Shown here: one piece after another, positions 25,048 through 32,000 of the stretch | How the letters are laid out: the number at the start of each line of letters is the position of its first letter | Position numbering within the stretch: position 1 is the first letter of the stretch | DNA from: Candidatus Electronema halotolerans | Lineage (GTDB): Bacteria > Desulfobacterota > Desulfobulbia > Desulfobulbales > Desulfobulbaceae | Length of the DNA: 32,000 nucleotides | Assembly: GCA_942493095.1 (NCBI GenBank) | Contig: OW818675.1 | Coordinates: 1,140,001 to 1,172,000 of the forward strand | Reading direction: 5' to 3' | Notes under the pieces: model-generated | Seen by the model: the letters and a program-made list of their open reading frames with translations, nothing else | Database searches by the model: none | What the model was told of the DNA's origin: nothing | Translations under genes and position numbers: made by a program

Positions 25048-25611
25048 TTAGTTTGCGCCGCAGGCGGCAATCAGCCGCTCGTCTTCAGCCTGATTAAGGA
25101 GAATGGCCTGCGCCGGGCATTCACTTGCGCAGATGCCGCAGGCATGGCAGGCCGCCGGATCAATGTGCGCCACGCCGCTTTGATCAATCTGGGGAATCTC
25201 CCACGGGCAGACCCGGACGCAGGTCAGGCAGGAGACGCAGAGGTCGGGCTGCACTTGGGCGGCCTTGCCCTTATCCACCAGCTGGGCCTCTGTGACATAG
25301 CCTTTTTTCAGGGCCAACTGGCGCAGCACGGTCATGATGTCGGCAAAACCGACATTTTGCGGACAAACCGGCACGCAGCTCCGGCAGCCGGAGCAGTACC
25401 AGATCAGGTCGGAGGACAGCAATTGCTCCTCCATGCCCAGCCTGATTGTATGAATGATTTTACGGGGATCATAGGCAGGAACAGCCATGCTCACCGGGCA
25501 TGCGCCGGAACAGGCACCGCAGGCAAAGCAGGAATTCAGATGCCCGCCGCCGGGTTCAGCCGCCACCTCGGCACTGAAACCGGGGCTGGCTGCAAAGACG
25601 TGAAGAGACAT
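25048..25611 (-). CDS. HdrC-like 4Fe-4S protein with additional C-terminal ferredoxin domain
   Basis: CFACGACSGACPV, WYCSGCRSCVPVCPQNVGFADIMTVLRQLALKKG, CVSCLTCVRVCP, CHACGICASECP. Confidence 0.85.
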   Translation of the reverse strand: MSLHVFAASPGFSAEVAAEPGGGHLNSCFACGACSGACPVSMAVPAYDPRKIIHTIRLGMEEQLLSSDLIWYCSGCRSCVPVCPQNVGFADIMTVLRQLALKKGYVTEAQLVDKGKAAQVQPDLCVSCLTCVRVCPWEIPQIDQSGVAHIDPAACHACGICASECPAQAILLNQAEDERLIAACGAN

Positions 25612-25780
25612 GCCGCCACCTTAAACAGTTATGGGTTTCTTTTGCAATATGGGAAGATCGGAAGTACGCATAAATACTCTATTGACCCGCTTTTGTCAAC
25701 AAGCAACCCTGTCAGGCCGCCGCCTTTGACTTCGCTCAGTCAGCTTGACAGGTTGCATCCGCAGTCAGAAGGCGGAAACA

Positions 25781-25803
25781 GGTGAGGGGTGAAGGGTGAA
25801 GGG
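25781..25803. repeat. Heptanucleotide tandem repeat, GGGTGAA units
   Basis: ggtgaggggtgaagggtgaaggg; same repeat family as 29511-29552. Confidence 0.85.
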
Positions 25804-25804
25804 A

Positions 25805-25848
25805 TAAAAAAAACAGGCTGGAGCGGCGGGGAAGACCGCTTCAGCCTG
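25805..25848 (-). terminator. Rho-independent terminator for the delta-carbonic-anhydrase gene
   Basis: Minus strand CAGGCTGAAGCGG ... CCGCTCCAGCCTG TTTTTTTTA. Confidence 0.85.
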
Positions 25849-25876
25849 CACGGAGGGGGCTTGGTTGGGACTGGAC

Positions 25877-26716
25877 TTACTTCATTTCAGACAGCAGCTT
25901 GGGGTCTGTGACTAATTTCCTCACGCCGTGCGCGTGATTTTCCTTGAACACGTTGCCTTCACACCATTTGCCAAGGCTGTTGATGTCAACTTTGGCGCAC
26001 TCAGGCCGGACGCTCCATGTGACCTGGAAAGGCGAGCACTGCTGGTTGTTGTATTTCGGGCCAGTGGTTGAGCCGAGGAATTCAACCGGATTGCCAGTGC
26101 CGCTTGGCAGGGTCTTGGCCTGATGCAGGCCATTGACCATGTTGCCGTCATAGACAAAGTCATTGAAGTTCAGAGCGGACGAGTCATTGACCACCAGAAA
26201 AACCTGTGACTCCACGCGCAGATTGGGGTTGGAGCAGCTTTCTGACAGGCAGGAGCCAAGGCCTTCGCCCGGCTTGACATCACAGGAACTGTACACCCAA
26301 TGCACCTCAATGGTGTCGCCCGGTTTCAGCCCATGACAGACCTCGCCTTTGGGCGGCTCCAGCTCCTTCTTGGTCAGCAGCGAGGTGGTGGTGCATTGGT
26401 AGCCGCCGCCGTGCCCTTCATGGCCTTCACCGGCATAGATGGCGAAATCTTTAGCTTTGTGCTCCGCATTGACATGAAAGTGAATGTTGCAGAGATTCAT
26501 GTCATTGTAACCGGGGGCGACAGAGAATACCCGCTTGTTTTCTCCAGCCTTGCTGTCAATGTCTCTTGGGGTCTGCGGTCCAAAGCCTTCGCATACGCCT
26601 TCTTCAGCAACTGGCGGTGCTTCCTTGTGAACAGGCTGCTCCTTTGCTGTGACCCAAGCGGAGAGGCCGAGGGAAAGGAAAATCGTCAGGATGCTGATGG
26701 ATTTTGTTGAATTCAT
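25877..26716 (-). CDS. Exported delta-class carbonic anhydrase-like protein
   Basis: Start at ATG 26716 behind AGGAGG; signal peptide; NLCNIHFHVNAEHKAKDFAIY; C-terminal QVTWSVRPECAKVDINSLGKWCEGNVFKENHAHGVR. Confidence 0.75.
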   Translation of the reverse strand: MNSTKSISILTIFLSLGLSAWVTAKEQPVHKEAPPVAEEGVCEGFGPQTPRDIDSKAGENKRVFSVAPGYNDMNLCNIHFHVNAEHKAKDFAIYAGEGHEGHGGGYQCTTTSLLTKKELEPPKGEVCHGLKPGDTIEVHWVYSSCDVKPGEGLGSCLSESCSNPNLRVESQVFLVVNDSSALNFNDFVYDGNMVNGLHQAKTLPSGTGNPVEFLGSTTGPKYNNQQCSPFQVTWSVRPECAKVDINSLGKWCEGNVFKENHAHGVRKLVTDPKLLSEMK

Positions 26717-27108
26717 GGGTGGTTCCTCCTTATTTTTCATTGCAGGTTGCGTGTCAGTTTTCAGCTTAGTGAGTTCATTGTACGGGTTCAGAATCGGAAA
26801 AGTCAATGCCCGCCCTTTTATTTTTTTGCAGGAGCTGTTTCGGAGTTCCTGCATCGGATTCATCACCCCAAGGCAACACTTTGGCTGTTTTGCAGAAATT
26901 ATGCTTGACAAACGGCCCGTTCGTTTTAATATGATTCATAGTCAGTTGCGCTTTTAGTGAAAACAGCAGGTGTTCTATGAGCATGAGATACCTGAGAGAA
27001 ATCGAAGACAGCAGCAAAGTCGGCTCCGTTCAGCCTGACGCAATGCAGAAGAAATAGCCATCAGCGTCAATTTGACGTTGCAGGAATACTAAATCATCGG
27101 AGGATACA

Positions 27109-27522
27109 ATGGCAAGCGACGCAGAGAAAAAACATCTGAGTGATTTTATCTCGCTATCATCTTATGATGACAAGTATATTGACAGAGAAGAAGAAAGACG
27201 TATCCTTGAAGAAGGTATCAAGACAGGCGTGGATGTTGAAGAAGGAATAGCAATTCTACGTCAAGCTACACAAAACAAGGGCATAACTTTAGAGCGTGAC
27301 ATTGAAGAGGATACAATGGATATGTTGCAAACATTTGCCGAAGATGGGAAAATAGACAAAAAAGAATTTTTTGATGCTGTGGCAACGTATAAAAGAAAGT
27401 GTCAAAATCGAATTCCAGAGCCGGAAATCATAAGACGTGTCAAAAAAATGGTGCAGAATCAAGGATGGAAGGCCAAGGAAGGCGGGCTTTTTGGCTCTAA
27501 ATGGTTTTCTGAGATACAATAA
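27109..27522 (+). CDS. Hypothetical 137-aa acidic protein
   Basis: GGAGG RBS, EDGKIDKKEFFDAV acidic/EF-hand-like segment; no confident family. Confidence 0.6.
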   Translation: MASDAEKKHLSDFISLSSYDDKYIDREEERRILEEGIKTGVDVEEGIAILRQATQNKGITLERDIEEDTMDMLQTFAEDGKIDKKEFFDAVATYKRKCQNRIPEPEIIRRVKKMVQNQGWKAKEGGLFGSKWFSEIQ

Positions 27523-27743
27523 ACGCAATCATTTACTTCATTGCCGATCACAAATCCAAGTTCTGTATCCTTGAAGGACAGCACAGAGATTGGACTGTAC
27601 ATCCAGTTTGAAATATAAAATCCAGATGACTCCTGTCAGCAGCCTTCTCCTTCTTTCTCTTCTGCTTCCCCGACTGCGCAGCAGTGCCGGGGCTGAAGGA
27701 GGCATTTTGTTCTGACAGGACAGTAAACAAAAGCAATTCCAGC

Positions 27744-27779
27744 AGCCACGGTTCAGTGCATGAGCCGTGGCTTTTTTTA
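27744..27779 (+). terminator. Rho-independent terminator
   Basis: AGCCACGGTTCA-GTGCA-TGAGCCGTGGCT followed by a T7 run. Confidence 0.92.
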
Positions 27780-27807
27780 TGCACTATCTTGATATATGAG
27801 GAGAGCC

Positions 27808-29508
27808 ATGCAGGCTGAAAAATTACGCAAATACCGTCCCTGTTCAAGCGTGTCCCTGTCTGACCGGACGTGGCCGGACAAGCGCATCACCAGCGCGCCG
27901 GTCTGGTGTTCGGTTGATCTGCGCGACGGCAATCAAGCCCTGCCCCAGCCCATGAACATTGCCCAGAAGCTGCAGATGTTTGACATGCTTGTGGCGGTCG
28001 GGTTCAAGGAGATCGAGGTTGGCTTTCCAGCAGCCTCCAAGATTGAGCACGACTTCCTCCGCCTGCTGATCGACGAGGGCCGCATTCCCGATGATGTGAC
28101 TGTCCAAGTGCTGACTCAGGCCCGCGAGCCGCTGATCCGCAAGACCTTTGCCGCCCTGCGCGGGGCAAAGAAGGCCATTGTCCATCTTTACAACTCGACC
28201 TCGACCTTGCAGCGGCAGGTGGTCTTCAAGATGAGCCGCAAGGATATCATGGCTCTGGGCGTGGAAGGGGCGCAAGTCATCCGTGAGGAAGCGGAACGCT
28301 TTGCCGGTGATATTCGCTATGAATACTCGCCAGAGAGCTTCACCGGCACAGAGTTGGACTTTGCCTTGGAAATCTGCGAGGCTGTGGCCGCAGTCTGGGA
28401 GCCGACCCCGGAACGGCCTGTGATCCTCAATCTGCCCGCAACGGTGGAAATGTCAACTCCCAACATCTATGCGGATCAGATAGAGTGGTTCATCCGCAAC
28501 ATGAAGCAGCGTGACTGCGCCTTGATCAGTCTTCATGCCCATAATGACCGGGGCTGCGCTGTGGCCGCCACTGAGCTGGCCCTGATGGCCGGAGCCGACC
28601 GGGTTGAAGGCACCCTGTTCGGCAATGGCGAGCGCACCGGCAATGTTGACCTGCTCACCGTGGCCTTGAACCTGTTCAGCCAAGGGGTTGATCCAAATCT
28701 GGATTTCTCGGACATCAACAAGGTGGCTGACATTTATAAACGCTGCACCGGCCTGCCCGTGCATCCCCGCCATCCTTATGTCGGCGAGCTGGTTTACACT
28801 GCTTTTTCCGGCTCGCATCAGGACGCGATCAGCAAAGGCATGGAAGCGGCAGAGGCGGACAAGTCCGGTCTCTGGGCTGTGCCCTATTTGCCTATTGATC
28901 CGCAGGATGTGGGCCGCACCTACGAAAAAATCATCTGCATCAACAGCCAGTCCGGCAAGGGCGGGGCCGCCTACATCATGAGCCGCGAGTTTGGCTACAC
29001 GCTGCCCAAGAAGATGCAGCCCGGTTTTGGCCGGGTGGTGCAGGAAGAAACCGAACGGGTCGGCAGCGAACTGCCCGTCGGGGCGGTTTTTGCCGTCTTT
29101 GAGGGGGAATACCTGCTCCAGCAGAAAGGCGGTTGCTGGCTCAAACAGTTTCATGTCCGCAAGCGGCATATTGATGAGCAGGAGGAAGATTCTATGGCGG
29201 AGATAGAAGCCTTGCTCACGATTGACGGGCAGGAGCTGCATTTGCAGGCCACAGGCAACGGGCCGCTGGATGCCTTCTGCGCGGCCCTGAAAAAGGATGC
29301 GGGCTTGGATTTTGACCTGATCTCCTATCATGAGCACGCCCTGACCGAAAGCTCGTCCGCCAAGGCTGTCACCTATATCGAGGTCATGGACAAGCGGCCT
29401 GACGGCACTGGCGAGGGCTGGTGGGGCGCAGGCGTGGATACGGACATCATCATCTCTTCGATCAAGGCGCTCCTCAGCGCTGTCAACCGGATGCGGGCGG
29501 GACGGTGA
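27808..29508 (+). CDS. leuA: 2-isopropylmalate synthase, LeuA type 2
   Basis: SVDLRDGNQAL, KEIEVGFPAASKIEHDF, SLHAHNDRGCAVAATELALMAGADRVEGTLFGNGERTGN; ATG at 27808 after GAGGAG. Confidence 0.92.
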   Translation: MQAEKLRKYRPCSSVSLSDRTWPDKRITSAPVWCSVDLRDGNQALPQPMNIAQKLQMFDMLVAVGFKEIEVGFPAASKIEHDFLRLLIDEGRIPDDVTVQVLTQAREPLIRKTFAALRGAKKAIVHLYNSTSTLQRQVVFKMSRKDIMALGVEGAQVIREEAERFAGDIRYEYSPESFTGTELDFALEICEAVAAVWEPTPERPVILNLPATVEMSTPNIYADQIEWFIRNMKQRDCALISLHAHNDRGCAVAATELALMAGADRVEGTLFGNGERTGNVDLLTVALNLFSQGVDPNLDFSDINKVADIYKRCTGLPVHPRHPYVGELVYTAFSGSHQDAISKGMEAAEADKSGLWAVPYLPIDPQDVGRTYEKIICINSQSGKGGAAYIMSREFGYTLPKKMQPGFGRVVQEETERVGSELPVGAVFAVFEGEYLLQQKGGCWLKQFHVRKRHIDEQEEDSMAEIEALLTIDGQELHLQATGNGPLDAFCAALKKDAGLDFDLISYHEHALTESSSAKAVTYIEVMDKRPDGTGEGWWGAGVDTDIIISSIKALLSAVNRMRAGR

Positions 29509-29510
29509 AC

Positions 29511-29552
29511 GAAGAGTGAAGGGTGAAGGTCGAAGGGTGAAGGGTGAAGAAA
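29511..29552. repeat. Heptanucleotide tandem repeat, consensus GAAGGGT, about 6 imperfect units
   Basis: GAAGAGT GAAGGGT GAAGGTC GAAGGGT GAAGGGT GAAGAAA, directly after the leuA stop. Confidence 0.9.
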
Positions 29553-29663
29553 TTGCCCGGCCTCTGGGTGTTTCTCCTTAGAAAATGAGGCGAACGCCTT
29601 ATTGTCCGGGCAAGGGCATATCAAGTATAGTGGCAGAAAAAATTTTTCTGATTCTGAGAGCTG

Positions 29664-30290
29664 ATGCAAACCATCTGGGAAATCATTCAGAGCGGCGGCC
29701 CGGTCATGTGGCCGCTGCTGGCCTGTTCGGTCATTGTTCTGACCATCATCATTGAGCGCACCCTGTTCTGGCTCGGCCTTGCCTGGCGGCGCAACCGGCC
29801 CTTGCGGGACGAAATCCTGCGCTTGGCCCAGCGCGGCGACTGGGAGCAGATCGAGGAGAAAATCGACGGCTGCCCTGACCCGGTGGTGCGGGTGCTCCAG
29901 GTCGGCATTCTTCATCGTGACTACGACATGGGCAAGGCGATGGAGGATGAGGCCCAGCAGATCGTCAAGAAGATGTCGCAGTTCATGCCAGTGCTGGACA
30001 CCATGATCACGGTCGCGCCCATGCTCGGCATTCTCGGCACAGTCACCGGCATCATCTCGGCCTTCAGGATGCTGGGCATGAGCAGCGCGCCAGACCCGCG
30101 TTTGGTCACCGGCGGCATTGCCGAGGCCCTGCTCACCACGGCTGCCGGGCTGATCATCTCGATCACCACGGTTTTTCCCTACAACTACTTCAAAAGCCGA
30201 ATTGAGCATGCCATCCATTTCATGGAGAAGTACGCGACCCGCCTTGAGGTCGGCTGCCGGAAAAATCAGGCTCAGGAGCAGATGCGATGA
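29664..30290 (+). CDS. exbB: MotA/TolQ/ExbB proton channel family protein
   Basis: LACSVIVLTIIIERTLFW, TVAPMLGILGTVTGIISAF, ALLTTAAGLIISITTVFPYN. Confidence 0.9.
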   Translation: MQTIWEIIQSGGPVMWPLLACSVIVLTIIIERTLFWLGLAWRRNRPLRDEILRLAQRGDWEQIEEKIDGCPDPVVRVLQVGILHRDYDMGKAMEDEAQQIVKKMSQFMPVLDTMITVAPMLGILGTVTGIISAFRMLGMSSAPDPRLVTGGIAEALLTTAAGLIISITTVFPYNYFKSRIEHAIHFMEKYATRLEVGCRKNQAQEQMR

Positions 30291-30721
30291 AGCTGTCGAA
30301 AAAGCGCATTCCCCCGGTGCGGATGGAGATGACTCCGCTCATGGACTGTGTTTTTCTTCTCCTTGTCTTTTTTGTCTATGCCATGCTGTCCATGGCCGTG
30401 CATCACGGCAAGCAGGTCGATTTGCCGCAGTCGGGCAGCGCCGCCTTGGAGATGCAGGAGGCGGTCAGCATCACGATTGAGAACGCCAAGGACGGGCTGA
30501 AGATTACTGTGGATGACGGCAAGCCGTGCAGCTTGGCTGAACTGGAGCAGCTCCTGCGGGAGAAGAAGGACAAGGCTAAGGCGGGCAAGGAGCCTGATCT
30601 GCAAATTTTTGCCGACAAGACTGTGCCCTACCAGAATCTCTACAATGTGCTGGACAGCATCACCAAGGCTGGTCTGTCCCGCATCTCCCTCCAAGCCAAA
30701 TTAGAGCGGAGCGGGCCGTGA
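30287..30721 (+). CDS. exbD: ExbD/TolR family biopolymer transport protein
   Basis: ATGA overlap with ExbB; IPPVRMEMTPLMDCVFLLLVFFVYAML. Confidence 0.9.
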   Translation: MKLSKKRIPPVRMEMTPLMDCVFLLLVFFVYAMLSMAVHHGKQVDLPQSGSAALEMQEAVSITIENAKDGLKITVDDGKPCSLAELEQLLREKKDKAKAGKEPDLQIFADKTVPYQNLYNVLDSITKAGLSRISLQAKLERSGP

Positions 30722-31881
30722 ACGAGGCAATGCAGCGGCTGCTGCCCGCCTGGCTGCTGACCTTGGCCGTGCATGGCCTGTTTCTGAACTGGCGGCTGGA
30801 ATACAAACCGATCAAACTGCCAGAGCCGGAGAAAATCTCCGTGACCCTGCGGCAGCCTCCTCCTCCCCCGCCGCCGCAGCAGAAAATCACCAAGAAGCTG
30901 CCGCCGCCGCCGGAGTTGCAGCCGGTCGAACGGCAGCCGCTGGAGACCCTGCCGCCGCCGCAGCAAAAAATTCTCAAACCGGTTCGCAAGATACCGGCAG
31001 TCAGGCCAGTGCAGCGCAAGCCTTTGGCCAAGCTGCCGCCGCCGCAACGACGGATTGCCCGCCGCCTGCCGCCGCCGATGGCGGCTCCTGCTGCGCCGAA
31101 CTTGCAGCCTTTAGCGACCCTGCCGCCAGCGCAGCGAAAAATCTCCCGCCAACTGCCTAAACTGCCTGTTGAAGCTCTGGCGACGCAACCGCTGCCCATG
31201 CCGTTGCCAACCCTGCCCCCGGGACCGGAGCCTGTCTGGGAGGAGGTTGTGGAAGAGGCTGTGCCGGAAGAGGTTGTTGAGGAACAGTTGTACGAGGAGG
31301 TCATTCCAGAGAATGTGATTGTTGAGGAAATTCAGCCGCAGCAGGAAGTCTTTGAAGAGGTTGTCTGGGAAGAGCCGGTTGCGCCGCCGACCAGACAGCG
31401 GCGTGCGCGGCAGATTGTTGAGGAAATTCAGCCGCAGCGGCAAGTCTGGGAGGAGCCGGTCAGGCAGGTCAGACGGCAGCCGACCCAGATGCCGCGCCGC
31501 GCCAGAACGCGGTCGGCAAATTATGCGCCGCAGCCGAGCCGGTCAAGCAGCAGCAGAAATTATGAGCAGCGGGCGGCATCCTCTTCCTCTTCTTACGGCT
31601 CAGGCGACAGGGAGGCTGCGCCGCGCTATGACATCAACCCGCGCCCGTCATATCCGATTCAGGCCCGGCGGCGCGGCTTGCAGGGCACGGTCATGCTTAA
31701 AGTGTTAGTTGATGCCAGCGGCAGTGTGGCTGATGTCCGCCTCGCAGGCAGCAGCGGCCACGGCATTCTTGACCGGGCGGCAATGAACTCGGTGCGCAGC
31801 TGGAGTTTCACGCCTGGCACGTCCGGCGGACGGCCACAGCAGATGTGGGTCATGGTGCCGGTGCGCTTTGCCCTGAATTGA
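30718..31881 (+). CDS. TonB-family energy transducer with long Pro/Gln-rich linker
   Basis: GTG start overlapping the ExbD stop; N-terminal TM, PPPPPPPQQK linker, C-terminal GLQGTVMLKVLVDASGSVADVRLAGSSGHGILDRAAMNSVRSWSFTPG. Confidence 0.88.
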   Translation: MNEAMQRLLPAWLLTLAVHGLFLNWRLEYKPIKLPEPEKISVTLRQPPPPPPPQQKITKKLPPPPELQPVERQPLETLPPPQQKILKPVRKIPAVRPVQRKPLAKLPPPQRRIARRLPPPMAAPAAPNLQPLATLPPAQRKISRQLPKLPVEALATQPLPMPLPTLPPGPEPVWEEVVEEAVPEEVVEEQLYEEVIPENVIVEEIQPQQEVFEEVVWEEPVAPPTRQRRARQIVEEIQPQRQVWEEPVRQVRRQPTQMPRRARTRSANYAPQPSRSSSSRNYEQRAASSSSSYGSGDREAAPRYDINPRPSYPIQARRRGLQGTVMLKVLVDASGSVADVRLAGSSGHGILDRAAMNSVRSWSFTPGTSGGRPQQMWVMVPVRFALN

Positions 31882-32000
31882 ATCCGGCTCTCCTCCCCTT
31901 CTCCGCCTTCCTGTTTTTTTGGACGGAATGCGTTCCCGCCGCCGCCGCAAAAATCCCTCTGGAATCAGGCCGCAGTTTGCGCCTGGCAGGCCCGGTTGCG

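Noticed and set aside
25144-25785. 213-aa plus-strand ORF
   Set aside because: Antisense to the HdrC-like 4Fe-4S protein, which has several intact Cys clusters.
28453-31304. Long minus-strand ORFs at 28453..29337, 29373..30218 and 30660..31304
   Set aside because: Antisense to leuA, exbB and tonB-like genes; composition biased and no motifs.
1-32000. CRISPR array, tRNA, rRNA or transposase
   Set aside because: I saw no regularly spaced direct repeats with spacers, no tRNA or rRNA-like segments and no transposase or integrase motifs. The short heptad repeats lack spacers.

Overview
The window appears to come from an anaerobic bacterium; a sulfate-reducer or Desulfobulbales-like host is only an inference from the HdrC/MvhD/MetV-type genes. 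The left end (1-4642, minus strand) is the 5' part of an NRPS. Its first module is A-MT-PCP and its adenylation signature reads like the cysteine code. Divergent from it, a co-directional plus-strand block of about 17.5 kb (4877-22387) looks like an uncharacterised RiPP-type secretion/membrane system. In order it contains: a DUF697/YcjF-like membrane protein with a Ser/Ala-rich tail; two clearly homologous small peptides and a shortened third relative, sharing [LI][PI]V[KR]SN[VI]KAG, with DFWD...GG...Ser/Ala-rich tail in the two full-length ones; a radical SAM protein with a C-terminal Cys cluster and a novel N-terminal region; a membrane-anchored Peripla_BP_6-like protein; a Met-rich exported protein; a Cys-rich exported protein; a mini-HlyD-like adaptor; a 904-aa C39 peptidase/ABC exporter; three P-type ATPases that lack the CPC metal motif; a DUF481-like outer-membrane protein; and a sulfotransferase. 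Several strong hairpins without U-tracts sit at gene boundaries. The right part is mostly ordinary: DUF362, half-size TauE/SafE, MetV-MvhD-HdrC-like genes, delta-class carbonic anhydrase, leuA, and ExbB/ExbD/TonB. Heptanucleotide tandem repeats occur at three places.
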